Source of the DNA: Octopus sinensis
Taxonomy: Eukaryota
Assembly: GCF_006345805.1 (NCBI RefSeq)
Contig: NC_043009.1
Span: forward strand, 59,768,001-59,832,000
Reading direction: 5' to 3'
Length of the DNA: 64,000 nucleotides
Of this stretch, positions 26,807 to 39,790 are shown one piece after another. Made by a program: the position numbers and the translations under genes. Position 1 is the first letter of the stretch, and the number at the start of each line of letters is the position of its first letter. The notes under the pieces were generated by a model that searched no databases, had not been told where the DNA came from, and saw only the letters and a list, made by a program, of their open reading frames with translations.

Positions 26807-27783
26807 AGTTCTTAAACTTTGAAAGGTACACAGAGATCGACATAAAGTCGGATAAATCAACTGAAGTCGAGGATTCCCCACCCCCCAGCTCGAAACAAAG
26901 GCAGATGGGCACATATTTTTAGAGTGGTTAGATGTGATTATCTAATTTCTGGTAGTTCACTGGTTCTTGATTTTACGTCTTCTAAAAGATAGAAATCTCT
27001 AAACGTCAGAGTTGAAATTAAAAATTAAAAAAGTAATGGGAGATAACTAAGTGATGAATCTTTCTCGAAGAATAGACAACTCTTACCACATGAATTTATT
27101 CGAGTTGAATTGTGATTTGAACATGACTGTACTTCTAAACTTTGAAATATTTCATCCATTTATTATTTTTTTTGCTGTTTTATACTAGCGTATAATGCTT
27201 CTTAACACGTTTGACTTAGTTGTTTATCCATTTTTAATTAATTTGGGACTTGATTGTATTCAAAGAAACATTTTACAAAACATTCTTTAGTTTAGAGTTG
27301 TCTCCCATGTCATACTTAAGTTTTTTTTTTTCTTTTTAAATCGTTGTTCACTATTCACGTTTCTATATTTACAACATTCTTGGTGTGAATGGTACTATTT
27401 CACTTCTATCATTATCAGCTAAGTAATTTACCATGTGTGGAGGCGCGTATCTTAGTGGTTAGGGTGTCAGCATCATGATCGTAAGATTGTGGTTTCGATT
27501 CCTGGACCGGGCGACGCGTTGTGTTCTTGAGCAAAGCACTTCATTTCACGTTGCTCCAGTCCACTCAGCTGACAAAAATGAGTAACGCTGCGATGGACTG
27601 GCGTCCTGTCCAGCTGGGAACACATACGCCATTGAACGGTTTCAATGGCCGGGTCCATGTAACCAAGTAAATAATAGATCGTTTGATTGATCGCTCGATC
27701 CATCGATCAGTCAGCTAAATTTGTAAAAGTCGTTTCGATCAGGGCATATTTAACAAGTTAGCTGATCGGTCTCTTATATAAAA

Positions 27784-28245
27784 CTAGCAGTATCACCCGG
27801 CGTTGCTCGGTTTGTAAGGGAAATAACTATATAAGCATTTTTTAGAGAGTTACTTCCCTTGTAGATGCCAATTCGGGCTTTCTTAGCCATTTCTCCTTGA
27901 CAACGCTTTACGACGTTGATTTCCTTACACTCCCTTCCCCACAGCTTCACGAGGGAGGGAAGAAGGGGGAGAAGCAAACAGGTGCAGCTGTGAGCGTGGA
28001 CGCCAACTCCGCCGCCATCGACACACGAAAAATTATGCATTAAAATGGAATGAAAAATGATGTTAAATTATTTTTTAAATCGTAGACTCATCGTAGACGC
28101 GCGCTAATACTCAGACGGGCTCGATATGAATCACGACTATAAGATACCCGAATTTGGTCAAACTGCACCGCAAAATGTGGGAGTAGTTAGGAATCTAAAT
28201 CGAAGGGGACAGACACTCACACAACTACAGTTTTATATATATAGA
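27784..28245 (-). mobile_element. Non-autonomous Helitron-like element
   Basis: Minus strand 5' TCTATATATATAAAACTG, 3' GAGCAACGCCGGGTGATACTG-CTAG followed by T; 3' end shared with 57034-57416. Confidence 0.7.
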
Positions 28246-28787
28246 TGTTTTGGAATCTTTATGACTATTGGTTCACCCTTTCTTTTTCTTTTTCTTTTTT
28301 TTTTCTATACTTCCTTTCCGCATTTTTTTATTCTTTCTTTTGTAAAAACCTATATTAGGAAAGAATCATGTCTATTGTTTAGGATTTATATTATTACTCA
28401 TAAATAATATACATACGTGTTGTATATGTAATAAAAGACAGAATTGAAGAAATGAACCACCGTACAGTCAAGGTGCTCAGCCTGCTAGAAATAGCAGCTA
28501 GACTTAACCTTCCGAGCAAAAATATAAATCATGAATAATGCTATAACATACTGCAACATAACTATCTTACTATTTTCTATACTTCCGTTATATAATGTAT
28601 TGTACACACCCCCACTTTGTACTCATTCTGCCTTTGTGCAATATGTAATAAAACGATTATCTTATAGGCGTGTATCTGTGACACAGATACATACTTATAA
28701 GATAATAGCATTATTCCTTTGTCATCTCCGTTCTTATACAGTAGAACTTCGGTTTATGAACGACTCTGATCACAAATAATTTGTGCT

Positions 28788-28835
<48 letters not shown>

Positions 28836-28845
28836 ATGTATATAT

Positions 28846-28897
<52 letters not shown>

Positions 28898-28933
28898 TAT
28901 ATATATATATTATATATATACATATATATATAT

Positions 28934-29188
28934 AAACAATTGCAGGGTGGAAGGTGTTTGTAAGCCATTTAAGAAACACACAAAAGCCATTCGATTCACT
29001 TCAACATTTAAGTTTAATTTGTCAAAATATTTTCGTCGCTATAAGACCGCGACCTGTTCACTGACAAGAACAGGTCGCGGTCTTATAGTGACGAAAATAT
29101 TTTGACAAATTAAACTTAATGTTGAAGTGAATCGAACGGCTTTTGTGTGTTTCTTAAATGGCTTACAAACACCTTCCACCCTGCAATT

Positions 29189-29192
<4 letters not shown>
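28934..29192. repeat. 259-bp near-perfect palindrome (about 125-bp arms, 8-nt loop) flanked by (TA)n
   Basis: Arms differ at only 3 positions by eye; loop actgacaa at 29060-29067. Confidence 0.95.
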
Positions 29193-29272
<80 letters not shown>

Positions 29273-30096
29273 CATATATATAAAGCGCACAATTTAATCA
29301 TGATCAGAGTTGTTCAAAAACTGTGGTGCTACTGTTTATATAAATGTGTACGTGTCACGTGTGGTTGATCTGCTTCGCTACAGCCCTGACCTGGCATATT
29401 TTCAAGTAATATTTTGCTGAAATACGATATGCTATTCCAGCAGTGGAGATTATGCTGTGTCTCATCGTCGTCCAATGACCAGCTGATTAGGGATGCTAGG
29501 CTCACGATCATTAGGTCATGGATTCGATTACCGGGTCGAAAGCATTTTGTATAGTTGGATAAAACACTTCATTTCACCTTTGACACACCTTTGGGGAGAA
29601 CAATGCGATCGGCTGGAGTCCTTTTAGAAGGAGAGGTATCTTGCATTCTGAGTCTGAATACCTTCAAAAAATGCCTCATGATTTTGGTGAGTCAAGGTGG
29701 ACTATATTATTTAAACGGATATTCGACTGTAACTAATAAAAGAGTGAATTAACACTTGACTGTGGCCACGCTGGAGTTCGATTATTTCGACAAGACCCTT
29801 CAAATGAGGCTGTACATATGTGTACTGCCTCATTTGAAGGGTATTGTCTTGCGAGTTATACACACACACATATATACATATTTATATTATATTCCACACG
29901 CTAGGAGGGACTCTTAAAGTTAAAACTACCAAAACGACCAAATTAATTTTGGTAGTTTTGACTTTAAGAGTCCCTCCTAGCATGTGGCATTTATGTATAG
30001 TAATGCCCTCTATATATTATAAATAAATATATTTAAGTGAAAAAATTGGTGGATTTTTTTCTCTTATGAGGTTTTTCACACACACACACATATATG

Positions 30097-30152
<56 letters not shown>

Positions 30153-30391
30153 TAGAAGGTTGAAAAGGAACAAATGAGTTGATATATATCATCATCATCA
30201 CATCATCATCATCATTTAGCGTCCGTTTTCCATGCTAGCATGGGTTGGACGGTTTAACTGGGTTCTGTGAAGCCGGAAGGCTTCATCAGGCCCAGTCAGA
30301 TTTGGCAGTGTTTCTACGGCTGGATGCCCTTCCTAACGCCAACCACTCCGCGAGTGTAGTGGGTGTTTTTTACGTGCCACCTGCACAGGTG

Positions 30392-30950
30392 CCAGACAGA
30401 GCTGGCGAACGGCCACGAACGGATGGTGTTTTTACGTGTCACCGGCACGGGGCCAGGCAATGCTGGCAACGGACACGAACGGATGGTGCTTTTACGTGCC
30501 ACCGATACGGAGCCAGACAGAGCTGGCAAACGGCCACGAACGGACGGTGCTTTTACGTGTCACCTGCACGGGGGCCAGCCGAGGCTGGCTACGAACACGA
30601 ACGGATGGTGCTTTTACGTGCCACGGACACGGGGCCAGACAGAGCTGGCAAACGGCCACGAACGGACGGTGCTTTTACGTGTCACCTGCACGGAGGCCAG
30701 CCGAGGCTGGCAACGAACACGAACGGATGGTGCTTTTACGTGCCACGGACACGGGGCCAGACAGAGCTGGCAAACGGCCACGAACGGACGGTGCTTTTAC
30801 GTGTCACCGGCACGGGGGCCAGCCAAGGCTGGCAACGGACACGAACGGACGGTGCTTTTATGTGCCACCGACACGGGGCCAGACGGAGCTGGCAAACGGC
30901 CACGAACAGACGGTGCTTTTACGTGTCACCGGCACGGGGCCAGGCGATGG
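30392..30950 (+). repeat. GC-rich 60/61-bp minisatellite (9 units plus a partial) with alternating A/B monomers, inside a SINE-D copy
   Basis: ccagacagagctggcaaacggccacgaacggacggtgcttttacgtgtcacc.. alternates with ccagccgaggctggc.acgaacacgaacggatggtgcttttacgtgccac.. Confidence 0.95.
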
Positions 30951-30952
30951 AA

Positions 30953-31454
30953 AGAAAAGTCAAGGTAGAAAATGCTAAAATAATTTTATAAAAAACATTT
31001 TAGTACCAGTTTCAGTCATTGAGACTTTTTCAACAGTAAGTATGGAAAACAATTAAATTTGGGAAAAATTAAAAGAAAAGTTATTTTAAAAGAATATTTG
31101 CATAGTATTCAAATACAAGAGGCAAGAAGAAGAAGAAGAATGAATGAGTGCCATGATAGTAGTATGTTAAATGGTCAAGTGCCCTGAAAGTGACCCGTTG
31201 TGGATGGTAGTAGTGATTGAATTCTTGAGACATCTCTTTCTCTTTTACTCTTTTACTTGTTTCAGTCATTTGACTGTGGCCATGCTGGAGCACCACCTTT
31301 AATCGAGCAACTCGACCCCGGGACTTATTCTTTGTAAGCCCAGTACTTATTCTATTGGTCTCTTTTGCCGAACCACTTAGTGACGGGGACATAAACACAC
31401 CAGCATCGGTTGTCAATCAATGCTATGGGGATAAACACAGACACACAAACATAC

Positions 31455-31489
<35 letters not shown>

Positions 31490-32093
31490 CATATATACGA
31501 TGGGCTTCTTTCAGTTTCCATCTACCAAATCCACTCACAAGGCTTTGGTCAGCCCGAGGCTATAGTAGAAGACATTTGCCCAAGGCGCCACGCAGTGGGA
31601 CTGAACCCGGAACCATGTGGCTGGTAAACAAGCTACTTACCACACAGCCATTCCTGCGCCTTTTAAATGTTTTGCTTATAAAATTTGTGTAAAGACATCT
31701 AGTGGTAAAGTTAGGAAGGAGGTGGCAAAGAGGAAGAAAACCAAGAAGAAGAAGGAGAAAGAGAAGGGAGAATAAGAAGGAATGTAGGTAGTATGATAGT
31801 AGTAGGATGTTAAATGGTCTTCTTCTTCTTCTTCTTCTTCTTCTTCTCCGCCAAGAATTCACAACGACCTCGAACCCACAAAGTAAACAAAGAGACAGAG
31901 ACAGACAGAAACAAGGAAAATGCCTCTTGTATTTGAATACTATGCAAATATTCTTTTTAAAAAACTTTCCTTTTAATTTTTCCCAAATTTAAATGTTTTC
32001 CATACTTAGAGTTGAAAAAGTCTCAATGACTGAAACTGGTACTGAAATGTTTTTTTATAAAATTATTTTAGCATTTTCTACCTTGACTTTTCT
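30953..32093. repeat. About 172-bp inverted repeat pair (30953-31124 / 31921-32093) enclosing a SINE and simple repeats
   Basis: agaaaagtcaaggtagaaaatgc...aatacaagaggca versus tgcctcttgtatt...gcattttctaccttgacttttct. Confidence 0.9.
31241..31660 (-). mobile_element. SINE family A
   Basis: Reverse complement of the family A consensus. Confidence 0.85.
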
Positions 32094-32215
32094 ATGCATA
32101 TTTGTATGTAGATAGAAGCTTTCTCACACACTACACACACACATACACACAACTACACACACACACACACAATGATACACATACACATACACACACACAT
32201 TGAAGAGAGGAATAC

Positions 32216-32685
32216 CTTGTAAGCATTGTGCATGCCGTCGGAGTCAAATATCTTCCATACAGCTTCAGCCAGATTGTACCAACCGTATTGTGTACCATAC
32301 TCAAAGAGAAACCAGATCGATTCTTTCGTTTCTTCCCATGCTGGTGACGCGAAAAACGTAGAGATTACTTCGGACAATTTTCGCTCTTCTCCGTTGATGT
32401 TTGTGACCGTAGCATTGTGACAAATAACCGAGACCCACAATGTAAGGTAGATAGAGCAGAATATTGTTATTCTTAAAGTTCGTTTCGGGCAACTGGTCCG
32501 AGAAGGACGAGGTGTTGTTTTGGTCCATTTGTTGCCCTTGTAGTTGAGAAGAGCCGTAGAAATCAGCGAAGAGTATATGATTTGGGTTGGATTGTTCCAA
32601 TAGAAAGGAACTCCAAGAAAGGAACCAATGAGTGAGAGTTTCAAGTCGCCCTCTTGGTCACCAATGTTGGCTACCAGCATCACAC
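32216..32685 (-). CDS. DNAJC22: DNAJC22 coding exon 2 (membrane region)
   Basis: Acceptor tattacag|GT GTG ATG (phase 1, completing Gly); VMLVANIGDQEG...FFASPAWEETK...GWYNLAEAVWKIFDSDGMHNAYK; donor AAG|gtattc at 32215; 470 nt, ends phase 0. Confidence 0.92.
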
Positions 32686-33455
32686 CTGTAATATAGCAAA
32701 AAAAATCAAGATGTAACTACCAAAAGACTGACCCATAACATTAACCAATAGAGTGACATCATATATAACGTTAAATATAACAGTTTGTCAGGGAAAATTT
32801 CAAGGATGCTGGTCTGTCTGAGTTCTCATGAGGAGCAGAATGCATAACCAGAATTAGATTAAGATTTTGTAACTCCCTAAGTTACAGCTATTGCCAGCCA
32901 ATCGCGTTGTCGTCATCAGTATCATTATCCTCATTGTCATCGTCCTCATCATCTCCGTCGTTATCATCATCATCGTCGTCATGGTCATCACGTCCACTTT
33001 TCCATGTGTGCATGGGTTGGACGAAATTTGTCAAGGCAGAAATGAATAAAAAAGGGGACAGAAAGCCACAGTAAGTCAAGCATGACAGCAATGAAAGCCA
33101 AAAGTACTTGATACAGGACACAGGATAAAACACAAAAACACACACACACACAAAAAGAGAAAAGTTAAAAGACCCTACAGAAAAAATGAAAGGAAAGGGA
33201 TCACAAGCATGTCAAGAGTAGGGTTGGCGAATATCAGGAAGCATGGAATTTCTGCTCTCAAAATTCAAATCCTGCTATGGTCAACTTTAACTTAGATCCT
33301 TTTGGGTTCCAGTCCCCAAAAGTTCCAATCAATGGTGATGTTGGTGGTGGTGGTGGATTGGCAAAATTTTTAGAGTATCAGCTTGTGGTATCTATTTTGT
33401 CTCTGTACATTCTGAGTTCAAATTCTGCCCTGTTACTAAAAAACATTAACACTTC

Positions 33456-33843
33456 TGGCTGTGTGGTAAGTAGCTTGCTTACTAACCACATGGTTCCGGG
33501 TTCAGTCCCACTGCATAGCACCTTAGGCAACTGTCTTCTACTATAGCCTCGGGTCGACCAAAGCCTTGTGAGTGAATTTGGTAGATGGAAACTGAAAGAA
33601 GCCTGTCGTATATATGTATATATATATCTATGTGTTTATGTTTGTGTGTCTGTGCTTGTTCCCCCACTATCGCTTGACAACCGATGCTGGTGTGTTTACG
33701 TCCCCTTAACTTAGCAGTTCGGCAAAAAGAGACCGATAGAATAAGTACTAGGCTTACAAAGAATAAGTCCTGGGGTCGATTTGCTCGACTAAAGGCGGTG
33801 CTCCAGCACGGCCGCAGTCAAATGACTGAAACAAGTAAAAGAG
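33456..33843 (+). mobile_element. SINE family A
   Basis: Colinear with 59542-59952. Confidence 0.85.
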
Positions 33844-34128
33844 ATGAATATTAGCAATTTGAAAAACTTAAGGAAACGTGGTTTGGATTCGAAGATTTAT
33901 GATCAAAGACTTTCTGCCTGTTTATACACTGTATCCTTCATTTATCTAAGACAATAGGGCATAATTAGAGGAAGAATTTGCAGTTATTTCTAACATATTG
34001 AGCAACTTTTTAGAGGCTTTCTGTCCTTGGTCACCTATTTTTGATTCAGCTGTTTGCAGTTTGACGATTAAAATGTGTCTCAGCTTGCTGGAAATAGCAG
34101 CCAAATCTTCCTCAAATAAGGAAGGATA

Positions 34129-34523
34129 CTCTTTTACTTGTTTCAGTCATTTGACTGTGGCCAATGCTGGAGCACTGCCTTTAGTCGAGCAAATCACCCC
34201 CTGGACTTATTCTTTGTAAGCCTGGTACTTATTTTATCGGTCTCTTTTGCTGAACCACTAAGTTACAGGGACGTAAATACACCAGCATCGGTTGTCAAGC
34301 GATGTTGGGGGGACAAGCACAGACACACAACACACATACATATATATATATACATATATACGACGGGCTTCTTTCAGTTTCCATCTACAAAATCCACTCA
34401 CAAGGCTGTGGTCAGCCCGAGTTTATAGTAGAAGACACTTGCCCAAGGTACCACGCAGTGGGACTGAACCCGGAACCATGTGGTTCATAAGCAAGCTACT
34501 TACCACACAGCCACTCCTGCGCC
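34129..34523 (-). mobile_element. SINE family A
   Basis: Reverse complement of family A; inverted relative to 33456-33843. Confidence 0.85.
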
Positions 34524-35609
34524 TATAGTCTTACATATATAAAGAGGTGTGATGGCCATAGCTGGAACATCTTCCATCATAGATCTTGGGTTGACTAAGG
34601 CAACAAAATACTATGCATCTCAATGAGGGACCCTCTATACAATCTCTCGGCCTGCTAGAAATAACAGTCAAATCACACATGATCTTCACTAAAATGTGTT
34701 GAATATGTAAGATGACTCAATTTTCTGCTCTGCCCAAGAAAAGGTAGAATGGTCATGGCTAGAACGTCTGTCAGAAGATAATGATTTATCACAAGAAACC
34801 ATAACTGATACAGAGACCAAAGCCTTGTAAATGGATTTGGTAGACGAAAACTGAAAGAAGCCTGTCATATATATATGTATGTATTTGTGTTTATGTTTGT
34901 TTTTGTCCCTGCCCCCCACCATTGCTTGACAACCAAGGCTGGTGTGTTTATGTCTCCATAACTTAGCGGTTTGGCAAAAGAGACCGATAGAATAAGTACT
35001 AGGCTTACAAAGATTAAGTCCTGGAGTCAATTTGCTGGACTAGAGGTGGTGCTCCATCATGGCTACAGTCAAAGAATAAAAGAATACATCAATTAGGGAA
35101 TCTCTATGTGGTGGCTGATCCACTAAAAATAGCAACTAAATCTCTCTCAAATTGCACTCTATCATCTAAGAGAAAAAAATGACACCTTTGATAAAGGTGT
35201 CTTTGGTTCCTTGCATATGGGATGGTCATTGCAGGAATACCTTTGAACACAAGGCCTACTCAGTCAACGTTTAGCCAAAGCTAAACAACATTAACTGGCT
35301 AATGACATAGGTCATTCTGGACCGAGGATGACCACCTACACAATTACATTCATGCTACTGGTCATCAAATAGAGGTCACTAGAACCACATCTAAAACAGT
35401 TAACAACAAAAATTTTCACTGAATTTAGCACTAATTAATTATTATGGTACAGCAACTAATTATTATATTGAACCAATGAAGGAAGGCATCTAACAGCAAA
35501 ATCTGCCGCCTCTTACAACCTTACAAAGCATGGCTGGAATGTTTTATTGTTTTATTTTTTGATTACAGGTCTATTAAATCAGTATTGACCTGGAACTAAA
35601 CAACACCTA

Positions 35610-36410
35610 CCATAAATCCTTGAGTATAATCTGCATTTTTCCCCGCAAAATTTAAAGATCAAAATCCCTGGTGCATACTGTATACGAGGTTAAAAATGAA
35701 AATTATTTTCTAAGCAATGTCCGAGTCTCTATTTGCTGTCTGACAATGTTTATTCAGACACATTTTGTGATGTCAGGTGTGAAAATACCTTAAGCTATGC
35801 CTAAATCCTTGAGTAAAATCTGCATTTTTTTCCCAAAATTTAGAGGTCAAAATCCCTAGTGCATACTATATACGAGGTTAAAAATGAAAATTATTTTCTA
35901 AGCAATGTCCGAGTCTCTATTTGCTGTCTGACAATGTTTATTCAGACACATTTTGTGATGTCAGGTGTGAAAATACCTTAAGCTATGCCTAAATCCTTGA
36001 GTATAATCTGCATTTTTTTCCCAAAATTTAGAGGTCAAAATCCCTAGTGCATACTATATACGAGGTTAAAAATGAAAATTATTTTCTAAGCAATGTCCGA
36101 GTCTCTATTTGCTGTCCGGCAATGTTTATTCAGATGCATTATGTGATGTCGGGCGCAAAAAATGCCTTAAGCTAAGCCTGAAAGCAATGAAGTCATAAAA
36201 GAATCATCCATAACTTGCAGTAAGCAACATTTATTAAACATTATTACTGTTATTTTCTGCAAACAAAATGCACAAAAATGCTACACGTTTGCATTATGTT
36301 ATATATACAATAATAATAAAGGATGTTACCGTATACAATTTTACAGGCCAAGGACGTTATATAGACGTCCTTGACTCAAGTTAGAGAAAGGGTGCATATT
36401 ATACACAAGG
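35610..36410 (+). mobile_element. Second copy of the 19416-19917 element, with an internal 188-bp segment in three tandem copies; right end lost
   Basis: aaatccttgagta restarts at 35614, 35803 and 35991; the remainder (gcaatgaagtcataaaagaatcatcc...tatacacaagg) matches 19610-19855. Confidence 0.85.
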
Positions 36411-36696
36411 TAGGTAGGTAGGTAGGTATGTAGGTAGGTGGGTAGGTAGGTAGATTGGTAGGTGGGTAGGTACGTAAGGCTGTAAACTGAAGTCTCAGTA
36501 CTCTATCACTTGGTTGTTCTGCTTTTACTGGGGGTTTAAATCCAGCCAATGTGATAATTGGGACAGAGAGAAAATCAACAGAATAAATCTCTAAATCCTG
36601 TTTAAATAAAACATTTTAACATGTTTTACTGTCAACATAACAGAAGAGTTAAGAACTGACATGTCTGTCATGATCAAAGACTATCTTTGGATATGG

Positions 36697-36729
<33 letters not shown>

Positions 36730-37480
36730 GAATTTAATAGGTCAATATATTTTGTACATAAGTGCATAAATAGGCGTAGGAGTGAGACCCCAGGACTTAT
36801 TCTTTGTAAGGCTAGTACTTATTCTATTGGTCTCTTTTGCCGAACTGCTAAGTTACGGGGACAGAAACACACCAGCATCGGTTGTCAAGTGATGTTGGGG
36901 GGACAAACACAGACACACAAGCATATACACACACATACATATATACATATATACGGCAGGCTTCTTTCAGTTTCCATCTACCAAATCCCCTCACAAGCTT
37001 TTGGTCAGCTCCAGGCTATAGTAGAAGACACTTCCCCAAGGTGCCACGCAATGGGAGTGAACCTGGAACCAAGTGGTTCGTAAGCAAGCTACTTGCCATA
37101 CAGCCACTCATATATATGTATATATATATGTACATGTGTGTGTGTGCATATGTATATATATATATATATCACGTGACCACATGACCAACCAGTCCATCAA
37201 ATGTAGTTACACATCGCTGGTCACAATACGTTCGCATTGTTTTAGCCTTCGAATGATGCCACCCCGCTGGCTAAGCGAGCAGGCTAACAGAAGAAAGAGT
37301 GGCGAAAGAGTACAGCAGGGATCACCACCCCCTGCCGGAGCCTTGTGGTGCTTTTAGGTGTTTTCACTCAATAAACACTCACAACGCCCGGTCTGGGAAT
37401 CGAAACCGCAATCTTACAACCGCGAGTCCACTGCCCTAATCACTGGGCCATTGCACCTCCATGTATATATATATTTATAC

Positions 37481-37516
<36 letters not shown>

Positions 37517-37537
37517 GTGTATAAATATATATATGTG

Positions 37538-37579
<42 letters not shown>

Positions 37580-38404
37580 ATACAAATAAAAAATGGAGAA
37601 ACACATTAGTTGGTTTATCAGCTTTAGGATATTAAAATGTTGACTTTATTTATTCATTTAACAAAAACGACAACCTTAATCACATACATATATATACATT
37701 ATAATTCAATACATATAAGATAAGAATACAACTATAAAAACCTTTATATAAATTATTGGAATCATTATATATATATATAATGGTATGTATTTACTTTTCT
37801 ACACAAAAATTTATATAACTTTTCTATGAACCTTTCTACCTCCCTACCTGACTACCAAGCAATTTTCCCACCTAACTACTTGCCTACTTAGAAAGCCACC
37901 TTGCTACCTACCTACCTAACTACCAATCTGTATACTTACATACTTTCCTACTCACCTAACAATATACCAACCTATGTATGTATGTGTGCATGTATGTATG
38001 TATGTATGTATGTATGTATGTATGTATGCATGTATGCATGTATGCATGTATGCATGTATGCATGTGTGTGTATCCATGCAAGCATACAGTTAGCAGGTAG
38101 ATAGGTGGTTAAATAGGAATATATATATATATATATTTTCCCAATTTATGTTTATGTTTGTTATTTTATAATAATTACTGGTATCCTTATAAATTACTAT
38201 ATTTTATATCTTATATCTTATATGTAAAGCATAAAATGTTATATGTATGTATATTATTGTAATTATCGGTTTAGTAAATAAATAAAGAAGTTAACATAAT
38301 ATAATGTCTAAAAGTTGATGAACCACCTATTGATCCACTCCATTTCTTACTGCTATATATGTATATTTATATATATATATATATATATAATATATATATA
38401 TATA

Positions 38405-38581
38405 GGGAGAATTAACAAAAAAAAGATGAAGACAGGTGGTGTAGACAACAAACATATATTAGTTTAATGCTTGGGAAGTGAAGAAGTCTTTAATGTTTCA
38501 AGCCTACGCTCTTCCACAGAAAGAAAGAAGGAGAGAAAATAAAGAGTACATAGTGGCTAGCGATCTCTCATGGCAAATGCC
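38405..38581 (-). mobile_element. Penelope-like terminal fragment, copy 2 (motif 38487-38524)
   Basis: Colinear with 12981-13159; abuts (TA)n at the same end. Confidence 0.6.
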
Positions 38582-38679
38582 GGACAGAGGGGTCACACAG
38601 GAGAGCTAGGAAGAAGGGGAGATAATAAAGTAGTGGTGATCCCAAAACAAAGGTGGCATGCTTGAGTATAAGAGAGTAT

Positions 38680-38930
38680 GTATGTGTGTGTGTGGATGAG
38701 GGCTGGTGACCTTGACATGTGTGTGTGTATGTGTATGGTGTGGTGATGTATGGTGTGGGTGGTGGTGTTGGGATGTGGGGGAGGCGAGAGTGGGGAAAGC
38801 AAGGGCGGGGTGTGCGTTAGGCTGAGGGTGGGGAATATTGGATATGTGGGATATATATGTATATATATATATTTATATATACATGTATATATATATGTAT
38901 ATATATGTATATATATATGTATATATATGT

Positions 38931-38976
<46 letters not shown>

Positions 38977-39176
38977 GTATACATATATATATATATATAC
39001 ATATATAGACAGAAAGATAGATAGATAGATAGATTGATGGATGGATGGGTAGATTGCGATATAGACAGAGAAAGAGAGAAAGAAAAAGAGTGAGAGTTTG
39101 AGAGAGGTATAGAAATATATGTTGATATATACAAAGGTAAGTACATGGGCAAATGGCTGGTGATATATATATATAT

Positions 39177-39208
<32 letters not shown>

Positions 39209-39790
39209 TGTATGTATGTATGTATGTATGTATGCATGTATGTGTGTGTGTATGTATGTATGTATGTATGTGTATATACATATGTATGTGTGTGTGTATA
39301 TATATATGTGTGTTGTGTGTGTATGTATATGTGTGAATATATATGTGTGTGTGTAAATATGTGTATGTATGTATATATAAATATATATATATATATATAT
39401 ACATATATATGTGTGTGTGTATGTATATATACATATGTATATATATAAATATAGACATTTTTATATGTACATATATTAGAGATGTATGTATGTATGTATA
39501 TATGTATGTATGTATGTATGTATTTTTGTACATATGTATATAGGTAAGTAGGTAGATTGGTAGATAAGTAAGGTTGGTAAGTAGATGGATGGGTGGGTGG
39601 ATGGATGGGTGGGTGGATGGATGGGTGGATAGGGTTGAAGACATCATGGAGACAAATAGAGAGAACATATTGTGCTTGGGTCAATAGTGTGGTGAGAGAG
39701 TAGGAGAGACAGAAAGAGAGAAAGAGGAAAAGAAAGGAATGAAAGAGAGAGAGAAAGAGAGAGAGAGAGAAAGAGAGAGAGAGAAAGAGA
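38680..39790. repeat. Compound microsatellite block (TG/TA/GATA/TATG/GATG/GA)
   Basis: Directly visible; source of the 439-aa and 283-aa low-complexity ORFs. Confidence 0.95.

Noticed and set aside
27628-27770. Small hairpin at a truncated SINE end, followed by a GATC-rich patch
   Set aside because: A 9-bp stem and a decayed tetranucleotide-like repeat are unremarkable at this repeat density.
30245-30991. Three overlapping 180-248-aa ORFs
   Set aside because: Produced by the 60/61-bp minisatellite; the same peptides rotate through all three frames, as expected for non-coding repeats.
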